Origin: a candidate division CPR2 bacterium GW2011_GWC2_39_35
GTDB taxonomy: Bacteria > Patescibacteriota > CPR2
DNA length: 64,000 bases
Direction of reading: 5' to 3'
Assembly: GCA_000995065.1 (NCBI GenBank)
Contig: LBWX01000002.1
Coordinates: 159,708-223,707, forward strand
The position numbers and the translations under genes were made by a program. This document shows, in pieces, positions 46,941 to 56,657 of this stretch (positions are counted from its first letter, which is position 1; each line of letters begins with the position of its first letter). The notes beneath the pieces are model-generated. The model saw only the letters and a list, made by a program, of their open reading frames with translations. It was not told the origin of the DNA and did not search any database.

Positions 46941-48724
46941 TGCTTATAAAAGATCAAAAAAAGTTTGAACAAGTAATCGTAGAGTTAAAAGTCGTAAGTC
47001 CTGATCAATTAGACACTGCTAAAATCGAAAGCGTAAAGCTGGGTAAGTCTTTAGATGAGGTTCTTTTAGAATCCGGCGCTATGAGTGCCGAAGATATTGT
47101 TAAGGCAAAAGCCATTGTCTCAGAGACGCCTTATGTTAACTTGACCAACCAGAAAATTGATGAAAAAATTTTAAAAATTCTAGAAAAAGACTATTGTGAG
47201 CGCTATCAGGTAGTAGTATTTGGCATGGCTAACGGTAAGTTAAATCTAGCTATGCTCGACCCGTACAACGTTCAGGTAATTGATTTTATCGAGAAGAAGT
47301 CGGGTCAGGGGGTAGTGTCTTATGTTGCATCCGCGGCTAGCATTAAACATGTCATTTCTCAGTTCTCAGATTATTCCTCCGAAGTTTCGGAAGCCCTAAA
47401 AGGAATGAGTACCGGACCGGAAGATATTGGGGCGGCTAAAGAAAAAGAATCAGCCAATACGGAGCCATCCGTTATTTCTCAAGACGCTCCGGTAACAAGA
47501 GCGGTTAATACTATCTTGGAATATGCTATAAAGGCTAAGGCTTCCGATATTCATATTGAACCGCGAGAAAAAACGGTCAAGGTAAGATACCGAATCGATG
47601 GTATTCTAAACGACACCATGACCCTACCCAAACATATTCATGCCGCGATTGTTTCGCGTATCAAAATATTATCAAATTTAAAAATAGACGAACATCGCCT
47701 TCCTCAGGACGGTCGTTTCGCCATCAAATTAGAAGATAAGGATGTTGATCTTCGGGTTTCCATTTCTCCGATTTCTTTTGGAGAGAAGGTGGTAATTAGA
47801 ATCTTAGATAAATCGTCCGGAGTTATTACCCTAGAAAAACTAGGGCTCAAAGGGCGGGCTTTCAGGTTGATTAAAGAAGCTTCCGGAAAACCTCATGGTA
47901 TGATTTTATCGACCGGGCCAACCGGTTCTGGTAAATCAACTACTCTCTATGCAATTTTGCAGCGTATAAATTCCGTCGAAGTAAACATCGTAACGCTAGA
48001 GGATCCTGTTGAATATAACGTTGAGGGTATAAATCAGATTCAAGTTAATTCCCAAATCGGGCTTACTTTTGCTTCCGGTCTCCGCTCTATTTTAAGGCAA
48101 GATCCCGATGTCATTATGGTCGGTGAGATTAGAGATACGGAAACCGCTGATCTGGCCGTCCAATCGGCCCTTACGGGGCACATAGTGCTTTCGACTTTGC
48201 ATACCAATTCCGCTTCTGGTGTTTTGCCTCGTCTTAAAGATATGCAGGTGGAGCCGTTTCTTATAGCTTCTACCGTTAATACGGTTATCGGTCAACGTTT
48301 AGTACGAAAGATTTGCGATAAATGTAAAGAGCAATACAAGCCGAGCGAGACAGAACTTGCTTCGATTAAAGAATGTTTAAAAAACGTCTTGCCTAAAAAA
48401 GACGACCCAAGGGCGAGCGAAAAATTAGAGGACGTGGGATATGATAATCTTCCATTTATTGATTCCGGAGATTATAATCTTTATAAGGGAAAAGGTTGTG
48501 ATAATTGCCATGGAACGGGTTATCAGGGCAGGGTTGGCGTATACGAGGTTTTTTCAATTACTCAAGACCTCGAAAAACTATTGCTTCAGGAGGTAACCAG
48601 CAGCGAAATCCAGAATGAGGCAGTAAAGGAAGGGATGGTAACCATGAAACAAGACGGTTATCTAAAAGCCCTAAGCGGTATCACATCTTTAAAAGAAGTG
48701 GCAAGAGTAGCACAAGATTATTAG
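46940..48724 (+). CDS. pilB: Type IV pilus assembly ATPase PilB (GspE family)
   Basis: N-terminal T2SSE_N domain, Walker A GPTGSGKSTTLYA, Asp box, and a tetracysteine CDKCK...CDNCHGTGYQGR zinc motif. Confidence 0.9.
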   Translation: MLIKDQKKFEQVIVELKVVSPDQLDTAKIESVKLGKSLDEVLLESGAMSAEDIVKAKAIVSETPYVNLTNQKIDEKILKILEKDYCERYQVVVFGMANGKLNLAMLDPYNVQVIDFIEKKSGQGVVSYVASAASIKHVISQFSDYSSEVSEALKGMSTGPEDIGAAKEKESANTEPSVISQDAPVTRAVNTILEYAIKAKASDIHIEPREKTVKVRYRIDGILNDTMTLPKHIHAAIVSRIKILSNLKIDEHRLPQDGRFAIKLEDKDVDLRVSISPISFGEKVVIRILDKSSGVITLEKLGLKGRAFRLIKEASGKPHGMILSTGPTGSGKSTTLYAILQRINSVEVNIVTLEDPVEYNVEGINQIQVNSQIGLTFASGLRSILRQDPDVIMVGEIRDTETADLAVQSALTGHIVLSTLHTNSASGVLPRLKDMQVEPFLIASTVNTVIGQRLVRKICDKCKEQYKPSETELASIKECLKNVLPKKDDPRASEKLEDVGYDNLPFIDSGDYNLYKGKGCDNCHGTGYQGRVGVYEVFSITQDLEKLLLQEVTSSEIQNEAVKEGMVTMKQDGYLKALSGITSLKEVARVAQDY

Positions 48725-48732
48725 AGGAGAAA

Positions 48733-48846
48733 ATGTCAAATTACAAAGCTCAAATGCCAAATCAAATCCTAAGTTCAAATGTCAAATTATTTGATATTAA
48801 GTCATTTAAAATTCATTTGGTATTTTGATTTTGACATTTGATATTT
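48733..48846. repeat. Family-X ~115-bp inverted-repeat element (aaatgtcaaat...tttgacattt) between pilB and pilT
   Basis: Homologous along its length to 51261-51373 and 57698-57815. Terminal arms TGTCAAAT / ATTTGACA. Confidence 0.55.
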
Positions 48847-48864
48847 TTAACTTCGGGAGGGAAT

Positions 48865-49932
48865 ATGGTTCAAACAGTTAAAATAGAGACATTACTAGAA
48901 GAAGTCTTAAGGCAGGATGCCTCCGACCTTCATTTATCAGTCGGAGTTCCGCCAACTTTAAGAGTAGATGGAAGGCTTACGCCTTTGTCGGAATATCCTC
49001 CGCTAACGCCGGAACTTGCCGAAAGTCTTGTTTTTCAGATAGTTGATGATAATCAAAAAGAAATTTTGATTCGAGATAAGGAAGTGGACTTTTCTTTTGC
49101 CTTTGGCGATGTAGCAAGGTTTAGGGCAAATGCATATCATCAAAGAGGGAACGTTGGAATTGCTTTAAGGCTTATTCCGGTAAAAATAAGAGGCCTGGAA
49201 GAACTAAACTTACCAAAAACCTGTACTGCTTTTACGCAGTACCCCAGAGGCTTAGTTCTAGTTACCGGACCTACCGGCTCCGGTAAATCCACTACTCTTG
49301 CTGCAATGATTGACACCATAAACAAAGACCGTGCGTGCCACATTATCACTATTGAAGATCCGATTGAATATAATCACGTTAATAAGAAAGCCATTGTTGA
49401 GCAAAGAGAAGTTCATTATGATACTCGATCCTTTGCAGCTGCTTTAAGGTCGGCCCTTCGTGAAGATCCGGATGTTGTTTTAATCGGTGAGATGCGGGAC
49501 TTAGAGACGATTTCTTCGGCTATTACTATTGCTGAGACCGGACACTTGGTGCTTGCAACTTTGCATACCAATAATGCGGCCCAATCTGTAGATAGAATTG
49601 TCGACGTTTTTCCACCGCATCAGCAGCAGCAGATTAGAGTCCAGCTGGCCGGCATCTTGCAGGGAATTGTTTCTCAGAGGTTAATTCCGGCTATTGGAGG
49701 CGGCAGGGTTGCGGTGGCCGAAATTCTTGTTGCGACGCCGGCGGTTCGAAATATTATTAGGGAAGGAAAAACTCATCAGCTAGAAGGCGTCATCCAAACA
49801 GGAACTGAGTTTGGTATGATTACCATGGATGCGGCTCTTGCCAGCTACGTAAAGGCCGGGAAAATTACACTGGATGAAGCAAAAAGTTATGCTATCGATA
49901 TTCCTCAATTGGAAAGGTACATAAGAGGCTAA
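48865..49932 (+). CDS. pilT: Twitching-motility ATPase PilT
   Basis: Walker A GPTGSGKSTTLAAMID, ITIEDPIEY, and AHLVLATLHTN motifs. Ribosome-binding site GGGAGGG lies 4 nt upstream of ATG 48865. Confidence 0.9.
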   Translation: MVQTVKIETLLEEVLRQDASDLHLSVGVPPTLRVDGRLTPLSEYPPLTPELAESLVFQIVDDNQKEILIRDKEVDFSFAFGDVARFRANAYHQRGNVGIALRLIPVKIRGLEELNLPKTCTAFTQYPRGLVLVTGPTGSGKSTTLAAMIDTINKDRACHIITIEDPIEYNHVNKKAIVEQREVHYDTRSFAAALRSALREDPDVVLIGEMRDLETISSAITIAETGHLVLATLHTNNAAQSVDRIVDVFPPHQQQQIRVQLAGILQGIVSQRLIPAIGGGRVAVAEILVATPAVRNIIREGKTHQLEGVIQTGTEFGMITMDAALASYVKAGKITLDEAKSYAIDIPQLERYIRG

Positions 49933-49933
49933 A

Positions 49934-51145
49934 ATGATTTCATTTGTTTACACTGCTAAGACTATAGAGGGGCAGCTTGTTACCGGCGAGATCAATGCGC
50001 CGGATGCAAATACTGTTGCTCGGATGCTAAATGAGCGTCAGCTCTATCCGATGAGGATAGAAGCTAAAAAGAGCTCCAATATCTTAAATTTGAGTTTTTT
50101 TGAAGGAGTTTCCACCAAAGACAAGGCGCTGATTATAAGGCAATTTTCTACCTTAATAATTGCTGGTTTGCCCGTTGCCCAAGCCCTCCAGGTGTTAATA
50201 AAGCAAATTGACAAACCTCATCTTCAAAAGATCTTCATAAAGATTTTAAAAGACATCGAAAATGGCAGTAGTTTATCCGAGGCTTTTTCCCGCTTTCCAA
50301 AAGTTTTTTTAACGACAGATATTAGTCTTATTAAATCGGGAGAGGCTTCCGGTACCTTGGATGTCGTTCTAAAAAGAATGGCAAAGCAGCTGGAAAAAGA
50401 GCAGGCTTTGCATTCAAAAATAAAAAGCGCCATGATTTATCCTTCTTTCGTGGTAGTGGTTGTTATTGGGGTAATTGCCATTATGCTGATGTACGTAATG
50501 CCGAAATTATCCAGCCTGTATGCCGGCTACAAAGGGAAGCTCCCGGCTATTACTCAGCTGATGCTTGATTTAAGTAATTTCCTAATTCATAGCTGGTGGA
50601 TGATTATTATTGGACTTGTACTTCTTGCAGTATCCGGCAGAGCTTTTATTAATACCCCAAACGGTCGCTATATGTGGGATCAAACCAAGCTTGCTATTCC
50701 GGGTATCGGCGCCCTGGTAGAAAAGATAATTTTAGCAAGATTTACAAGAACGCTTGGCACCTTAATGGGAGCAGGAGTACCGGTTTTGGACTCTCTAATG
50801 ATTGCCTCCAAGTCTTGCGGCAATGTAATCTATGAGATAGAAGTTAGAAAGGCGGCGGAAGCGGTAAAAGGCGGTGCGGCGTTGTCCGATCCGTTAAAGA
50901 AAAACCCTCATTTTCCGGCTGTTGTGGGACAAATGATAAACGTTGGGGAACAAACGGGGGAAATGGACGAGATGCTAGAGGGTCTTGCCAACTATTACGA
51001 GGAAGAAGTTGATAATATAATTAAGGGCTTGTCATCGCTTCTAGAGCCGATTATAATTGTGGTATTAGGAGTAGTAGTTGGTGGCATATTAGTAGCCATT
51101 ATGCTGCCGATATACAGTTTGTCACAAGTGATGTTTAAAAAGTAG
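49934..51145 (+). CDS. pilC: Type IV pilus platform protein PilC (GspF family)
   Basis: Duplicated GspF domain with three TM segments. The conserved Gly-rich motif GEQTGEMDEML is present. Confidence 0.85.
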   Translation: MISFVYTAKTIEGQLVTGEINAPDANTVARMLNERQLYPMRIEAKKSSNILNLSFFEGVSTKDKALIIRQFSTLIIAGLPVAQALQVLIKQIDKPHLQKIFIKILKDIENGSSLSEAFSRFPKVFLTTDISLIKSGEASGTLDVVLKRMAKQLEKEQALHSKIKSAMIYPSFVVVVVIGVIAIMLMYVMPKLSSLYAGYKGKLPAITQLMLDLSNFLIHSWWMIIIGLVLLAVSGRAFINTPNGRYMWDQTKLAIPGIGALVEKIILARFTRTLGTLMGAGVPVLDSLMIASKSCGNVIYEIEVRKAAEAVKGGAALSDPLKKNPHFPAVVGQMINVGEQTGEMDEMLEGLANYYEEEVDNIIKGLSSLLEPIIIVVLGVVVGGILVAIMLPIYSLSQVMFKK

Positions 51146-51192
51146 GCTAATGAGTTGATAGGCGAATAAGATACGTCATTTCTGCTGGCACT

Positions 51193-51238
51193 AGTCATTC
51201 TCGCGAAGGCGGGTCCTACGACTCGTACGAGAATCCAG
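51193..51238. repeat. GTCATYC-type hairpin element
   Basis: GTCATTCTCGcgaaggcgggtcctacgactcgtaCGAGAATCCAG. Same terminal motif as 26203-26232. Confidence 0.45.
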
Positions 51239-51260
51239 TGCAGGTGAAAAAAGGAGTTTA

Positions 51261-51373
51261 ATGTCAAATGTCAAAGCTCAAATTTCAAATCAAGTTCTAA
51301 TGTTAAATGCTTTAAATTGGTCATTAAGTCATTTGTCATTCATTTGATATTTGTAATTTGGCATTTGGATTTA
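51261..51373. repeat. Family-X inverted-repeat element directly upstream of the major pilin gene
   Basis: atgtcaaatgtcaaagctcaaat...gtcatt...catttgatatttg...ttggcatttggattt aligns with 48733-48846 and 57698-57815. Confidence 0.55.
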
Positions 51374-51393
51374 ATAATATCTAGGAGGGAATA

Positions 51394-51897
51394 ATGAAGA
51401 AATTTAAGAAAATTAGAGGGGGTGGTGCTAGAGGTTTTACCTTAATCGAGCTATTGGTGGTTATGGCCATTATCGCTATCTTAGTAACGCTTATGATCTG
51501 GGCGATTAATAACGCCAGGATGCAGCAGCGAAATACCCAAAGAAGAAATGTTGTCCAAACTATTAAGACTTCCTTGGAGTCTTATTATAGCTCCAAGAAG
51601 GCTTATCCGGATACTGCTGATGACTCTGTTACTGGCTTTAGTTTAATTGATCCTGACGGAGGAGCTGCTGCGTATTTAAAGGGTTATGTTAAAGATGCCC
51701 CAATTGCCCAGCTTCAGGATCCATCAGGAGAAGAGACAAGGATCTGTTATGAATCGAATATAGGTGCTAAATATTCTCTTGTGATGTTGCCTGAACCTAT
51801 GGATGCTACAGAAAATTGTCCCGAATTATGGGGAACGGATAGACCACTTACTGCAGCAAATGACCTTCCTGATTACGAAGACTTCTCTCAATATTAA
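51394..51897 (+). CDS. pilA: Type IV pilin (major pilin candidate)
   Basis: Prepilin leader MKKFKKIRGGGARG|FTLIELLVVMAIIAIL with Glu+5. Ribosome-binding site GGAGGGAATA-ATG. Confidence 0.8.
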   Translation: MKKFKKIRGGGARGFTLIELLVVMAIIAILVTLMIWAINNARMQQRNTQRRNVVQTIKTSLESYYSSKKAYPDTADDSVTGFSLIDPDGGAAAYLKGYVKDAPIAQLQDPSGEETRICYESNIGAKYSLVMLPEPMDATENCPELWGTDRPLTAANDLPDYEDFSQY

Positions 51898-51930
51898 AAC
51901 TCACTAAAGCGCTACCTGGATAATTAAGAA

Positions 51931-52767
51931 ATGATAATATTTGCAATAACCTTTGGCTTAATAACCGGTTCTTTCCTTAATGCCTACGAATATCGTAAAC
52001 GCACCAAGACTAAAAACGTCTGGCACGGGAGGTCCTTTTGCCCCAAATGTAAGCATAAACTTGGAGCAATGGATTTATTTCCCGTTTTAAGTTATCTTTT
52101 GCTTCAGGGAAGATGCCGGTATTGTAAAAAGCCGATTTCCACCCAGTATCCGATTGTGGAGATGGTGGCCGCCGCTTTGTTCGGTCTAATCTACTGGCAT
52201 TTTTTCCCATCAAACCTTCTAAACCCGATCGATTTTTCTAGCCAAGACATACTTTTAAAATCACTAGGGACTTTAGCCTGGTTTTACTTTGCTTCTGTTC
52301 TAATTCTGGTGGTGATCTCGGACTTAAAAGAGATGATTATTCCGGATGAGGTCGTCTTACCGGCGATAGTAGTGGCTTTTATTTACGGTTTAATAGCATC
52401 AACCTTAGGAGGTTTAGAGTCAGGATATCTTGTGTCTCGGCTTGGGATGCAGCTAATCGCCGGAATAGTTGGCAGCGGCTTCTTTTACTCTATGATTGTT
52501 GTTTCTAAGGGTAAGTGGATGGGGGGCGGAGACGTAAAATTAGCGGCTTTTATGGGATTTGCTCTCGGCTGGCCGCTTATTTTCATTGCTCTTCTTCTGG
52601 CTTTTATCTTAGGATCAATATTCGGAATCGCAATCATTGTTTTAAGGCAAAAAAAATTTGCCGATGCTATTCCTTTCGGGCCGTTTTTAGCTGCCGGAAC
52701 GGTGCTTGCTATTCTTTGGGGCAATGTGGTTCTTACTTGGTACCTGGATAAGCTTATTTTGCTATGA
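51931..52767 (+). CDS. pilD: Prepilin peptidase PilD (A24 family)
   Basis: N-terminal CPKC...CRYC zinc knuckle, multiple TM helices, and conserved Asp-containing GGGDVKL motif. Confidence 0.8.
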   Translation: MIIFAITFGLITGSFLNAYEYRKRTKTKNVWHGRSFCPKCKHKLGAMDLFPVLSYLLLQGRCRYCKKPISTQYPIVEMVAAALFGLIYWHFFPSNLLNPIDFSSQDILLKSLGTLAWFYFASVLILVVISDLKEMIIPDEVVLPAIVVAFIYGLIASTLGGLESGYLVSRLGMQLIAGIVGSGFFYSMIVVSKGKWMGGGDVKLAAFMGFALGWPLIFIALLLAFILGSIFGIAIIVLRQKKFADAIPFGPFLAAGTVLAILWGNVVLTWYLDKLILL

Positions 52768-53390
52768 AACAGGTTTTAAATAAAAGAGGCTATACGTTAA
52801 TAGAAATTGTGGTAGTGATGGCTTTAATTGCAGTAACAACGCTTTTTGCGTTGCTGCCGGCACTTACCAATCGCCGAAGTCAATTAGAATTCGAGACTCG
52901 GGCGCACGAGGTCTTAGGGGAAATTAAGTATGCCCAAAGCTTGGCCAGAGGTGTCATTTGGGAAAATACCGGCGGCTCTAATTTTTCCCCTAAAGCAGTT
53001 TACGCTAAGCTTTATAATGAAGACGATGTTTTGAAATTAGAAATAGTTGGCTATGACAGGGATGCCGATCCATCATCTCCCGTTCATAAAGCCCTGACCT
53101 TTAAGGATCTTAAGATCGATAACTTGAGGGCAGGCGCTATAGATAAGGGTTCTGGCGACACTCTATTCGCCTGCTTCTCCGTGCCGACGGGATTTGCCTC
53201 CGACTATATTGGCAGCGAAGGCAGCTTGGCTTCCAAGTGGGTTTATACGCCGGCTCCGTTTAATTATGCCGACCTGGCGGAACACGAAGACGTTACTTTG
53301 ACGCTAGGAGACGATGAGTTTAAAATCGACTTAAGCTTAAATTTTTCTTCCGGAGATATCTATATAGATAAAGGAGCGGACTTAAAATGA
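52764..53390 (+). CDS. Minor pilin / pseudopilin (GspH/FimT-like)
   Basis: Prepilin leader MKQVLNKRG|YTLIEIVVVMALIAV. Confidence 0.6.
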   Translation: MKQVLNKRGYTLIEIVVVMALIAVTTLFALLPALTNRRSQLEFETRAHEVLGEIKYAQSLARGVIWENTGGSNFSPKAVYAKLYNEDDVLKLEIVGYDRDADPSSPVHKALTFKDLKIDNLRAGAIDKGSGDTLFACFSVPTGFASDYIGSEGSLASKWVYTPAPFNYADLAEHEDVTLTLGDDEFKIDLSLNFSSGDIYIDKGADLK

Positions 53391-53848
53391 GGATCGGCAA
53401 AAGAGGCGAAACAATCCTAGAGGTTGTTGTGGCAATGGGAATCTTGGGTCTTATTATGGCCGGTACGATTTCTATTATTATTCAAATGGGGAATTTGGGA
53501 TACGTAGCCAAATCCAGAGAAGAGGCAACGAAGCTGGCCCAACAGACCATGGAAAACATTTATACTTACAAAGAGAAGAATAAGTGTGATTTTTATAACA
53601 TTGCGGGAAGCAAGGATATCAATAGCGACGGGGAATTGGTTAATTATTCTATTGATGACGGTTACAAGAGGCTGGATGCTACTGATTTTCGAGGTATCGA
53701 AGAAGTTTGGCGCAAAATCGTTATCGAGAGATTAGATTATGATCCTCAAAAATTATTAGTTACGGTAAAGGTAAGATGGCAGAGTAAAGGCATGCCGGAA
53801 CAGTTTTATTCGGTTCAAGCCATTATGGCGGATTGGCAAAGCTTATGA
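53387..53848 (+). CDS. Minor pilin (PilV-like), atypical leader
   Basis: MRIGKRG|ETILEVVVAMGILGLIMAG has an N-terminal hydrophobic helix and Glu+5. It is translationally coupled to its neighbours. Confidence 0.5.
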   Translation: MRIGKRGETILEVVVAMGILGLIMAGTISIIIQMGNLGYVAKSREEATKLAQQTMENIYTYKEKNKCDFYNIAGSKDINSDGELVNYSIDDGYKRLDATDFRGIEEVWRKIVIERLDYDPQKLLVTVKVRWQSKGMPEQFYSVQAIMADWQSL

Positions 53849-54423
53849 GAAACAATAAAGGTTTTACTTTGATTGAATATATTGTGGCGACTGTTCTACT
53901 GGCACTTCTAATATTATTTGCGGTTAATATTTACGTTACGGTTAGCCGAAATCTAATCTTAGCTAACGAGACCAGAACAATGCAAAGCGAAATCAGGAAT
54001 ATTTCGGATGCTATTTCGAGAGTGGCTAGCAACTCGGTTTATGCGGAAATCGACTCTCCCACCCCCTATAGCGACGGGGTGAATCCGGTAGAAGTGGGCA
54101 AGATCAGTTTTTGGACAAAATACGATCCGCAATCTAGGGATGATATACTTCCGGACTATATCTTAGAGCATGTTGTAACAGGGGGTGAAAATACCCTAAA
54201 GCTAACCAGACTAATAAATAATGTTCCGGTTACACAACCGATGGTTAACACCAGCTACCAGATCAGCGAATTTAAAGCGATGCTCAAAAAAAGCGTGCCG
54301 CCGGTTCTGGATTTTGAAATTCATCTTAAAGGCACCGGTGAAGCCGAGGACCGCTATGCTTTTGAATCTAACGAAACTTATATCAGGTCGAGTGTGGCGA
54401 TAGGAGGTCAGCGTGGAGAATAG
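53833..54423 (+). CDS. Minor pilin (PilW-like)
   Basis: MAKLMRNNKG|FTLIEYIVATVLLALLI. Confidence 0.6.
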   Translation: MAKLMRNNKGFTLIEYIVATVLLALLILFAVNIYVTVSRNLILANETRTMQSEIRNISDAISRVASNSVYAEIDSPTPYSDGVNPVEVGKISFWTKYDPQSRDDILPDYILEHVVTGGENTLKLTRLINNVPVTQPMVNTSYQISEFKAMLKKSVPPVLDFEIHLKGTGEAEDRYAFESNETYIRSSVAIGGQRGE

Positions 54424-54427
54424 AGTG

Positions 54428-55471
54428 ATGAGCCAAAAAAATAAAGGTGCTGCCTTGCTCTGGGCCATTATATTTATCGGCGCCTTATCTATTGTTATCG
54501 CTAACTTAGCCGTTATGACTTATAACGAATCCCGCCTAACAAGCAATTCCGATCTTTCGTATAAGGCTTATGCGGCAGCCCAATCCGGGATTGATTACGG
54601 CTTGTTTAAAATAAGGGAGGAGATCGCAGAAAGCGGTATTCAGAATTTTGACAGTTCGGTAGCTCCACTTGTCTACACTTTCTGGAATGGTACTCCTATT
54701 ATCGATGAAGATGAGCAGGAAACCAAGGTGGAAGTAACCTGGACAAAAGAATTAGATCTAAGTAATCCGTGTCCTGATTGTAAGCCAAAAATCACGGTTG
54801 ATAGCGTGGCGACGGTTACTGCCGGCGAAAAAACCGCCAAAAGAAGACTCCAGGTGATCCACGATTATAAAAGGACAATTCAGGCGGTAACGTTTGAAAA
54901 TGGTAATGCCGACATTAACACGCTTAACACCGAGTTAAAGGATCGTTTGAATGCTATTGTAACTGTTGATATCTATAATCCGCCCTCAGTAAATCCGCCT
55001 GCAATACCGTTGGAAGATAGAGGCGATAAGCCGGAATTTAAGCTGACTTTTAATAAAAAAGGCGGCATTCCGATCGAGATGGTAATTAATGCTGATAAGT
55101 ATAACGGGGCGGTGCTTCAGTCTGATAAGAACTACCGTTGGCGCTTTAATTATGTCGGTGGCGCCGGAGTGCTGGCCACTTTAGAAGAAGCAAGTGATAT
55201 TGATATTGATCTTAATCCTGGCACAGTATGTGACGTTAACCTTAACCCTGGTACAAAATGCGAGAGGCGCTGGAAATGTGGGGCCGAAGAATCATTTTTC
55301 GAAGAGGATAAGAATACTGATTTCTGGACGAAAAATCAAAATGAACTCGCCTCGATTAGCATTAACCCTAATGGTACTGTTGCCGGCGATCAGAATAACC
55401 ACTATCTCTTAGTAATTAATGGTCAGATAGACAATATTGTTGGAATCGGCAGAGAATCGATCCAGAATTAG
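54428..55471 (+). CDS. PilX-like minor pilin / pilus tip-associated protein
   Basis: PilX_N-type N-terminus KNKGAALLWAIIFIGALSIVIANLAV followed by a large beta domain. Confidence 0.55.
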   Translation: MSQKNKGAALLWAIIFIGALSIVIANLAVMTYNESRLTSNSDLSYKAYAAAQSGIDYGLFKIREEIAESGIQNFDSSVAPLVYTFWNGTPIIDEDEQETKVEVTWTKELDLSNPCPDCKPKITVDSVATVTAGEKTAKRRLQVIHDYKRTIQAVTFENGNADINTLNTELKDRLNAIVTVDIYNPPSVNPPAIPLEDRGDKPEFKLTFNKKGGIPIEMVINADKYNGAVLQSDKNYRWRFNYVGGAGVLATLEEASDIDIDLNPGTVCDVNLNPGTKCERRWKCGAEESFFEEDKNTDFWTKNQNELASISINPNGTVAGDQNNHYLLVINGQIDNIVGIGRESIQN

Positions 55472-56433
55472 CTGCGGCGTCGGCCGTGGAAAGCTTGGTG
55501 GACTTCTTTTAGCTGCTTATTGGTAAGATGAGTGTAAATTTGCGTTGTCGTAATAGAGCTATGCCCCAGCATCGATTGGACCGATCTAATGTCGGCGCCA
55601 TTTATAAGCAAATCGGTTGCAAAACTATGGCGTAGCGTATGAGGCGTCACTTTTTTTACGATTCCGGCGGCTCTGGCATAGGCATTGACGATTCGCTGCA
55701 CGCTTCTTGACGTTAGGCGCAAATATTCGCCGTCTTCGATCTCATCCTTGGAGCCGCTATATCTAATAAATAGCGGCTTAAAATTATCCGCTCTTAGCTT
55801 TAGATACTCATTTATCCAGTGCTTGGCTCCGTCAGACATAAAAACGACCCGGTCTTTAGAGCCTTTTCCTCTTACCATAAATTCGCCTCGATCTAGGTTT
55901 ACTTGGGTTCTATTTAGACCAACAAGCTCCGAAACCCTGAGGCCGGTGGAGAACAATAGCTCTAATATTGCTTTATCTCTTACGGAAATAATCTTATTTG
56001 TCTCTGTTTGTTTCTGCTTTAAAGGAGCGTCCATAAGCCTTACCACTTCCTCAAATTCTAAAAACTCAACTTGCTTTCTTTTGGCGTCTCCAAGCTCGAT
56101 CTTTTCGGCGGATAAACTCCTCACATCTCTTTTGGCCAAATATTTAAGGAAAGCTCTAAGGGCGATGACATGATAGTTTTGAGTAATTTTTTTTAAAGTA
56201 TTGCCTTTTTGGTCTGTCATCCGGTTTAAATGCAATCTATAAGAACGCACTAAGTCCATATCGATTTTTTGAGGACCAAAATCGTCGCCCTCTTTACTTT
56301 CGGCAAATTCTAAGAAGCGTCTCAGATAGTGCTCGTAGTTTAAAATAGTAAGCTCCGAGTGATTTTTTTCTAATTCACAGTATTCTAAAAAATCGGAAAT
56401 TAAGTCGGCGGTGGTCATATGCCCATGATACAA
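55468..56433 (-). CDS. Tyrosine site-specific recombinase, XerC/XerD family
   Basis: C-terminal catalytic region LRHSFATDLLINGADIRSVQSMLGHSSITTTQIYTHL with catalytic Tyr. N-terminal SAM-like core-binding domain. Confidence 0.8.
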   Translation of the reverse strand: MYHGHMTTADLISDFLEYCELEKNHSELTILNYEHYLRRFLEFAESKEGDDFGPQKIDMDLVRSYRLHLNRMTDQKGNTLKKITQNYHVIALRAFLKYLAKRDVRSLSAEKIELGDAKRKQVEFLEFEEVVRLMDAPLKQKQTETNKIISVRDKAILELLFSTGLRVSELVGLNRTQVNLDRGEFMVRGKGSKDRVVFMSDGAKHWINEYLKLRADNFKPLFIRYSGSKDEIEDGEYLRLTSRSVQRIVNAYARAAGIVKKVTPHTLRHSFATDLLINGADIRSVQSMLGHSSITTTQIYTHLTNKQLKEVHQAFHGRRRS

Positions 56434-56477
56434 GATTTCTTTGGTCAGATCAAAGTTTAAAATATGAACAGTAAATA

Positions 56478-56598
56478 AATATCTAATTCCTAATTACTCT
56501 AATTGACCTAATAAAATCCCAATGACAAAATGTCTAAAGTTCTTGTTTGGAAATTGGGATTTATTTAGAATAATTAGAAATTAGGTAAATTAGACATT
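56478..56598. repeat. Family-Y inverted-repeat element in the divergent xer/rsmH promoter region
   Basis: Arms atctaattcctaattactctaattgacctaataaaatccc and gggatttatttagaataattagaaattaggtaaattagacat flank a ~45-bp core. Confidence 0.5.
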
Positions 56599-56657
56599 TC
56601 TCAGTGTCTAATGCTTGGTTATATGTTAAAATCAGCAAAAGGATTAATAAAGAGAAA

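Noticed and set aside
48725-48860. Possible CRISPR array suggested by recurring tgtcaaat / atttgaca motifs in AT-rich spacers (also at 51261-51373 and 57698-57815)
   Set aside because: The repeats are not regularly spaced direct repeats separated by unique spacers. They are inverted-repeat arms of ~115-bp elements present as single copies at separate loci, and no cas genes are present.
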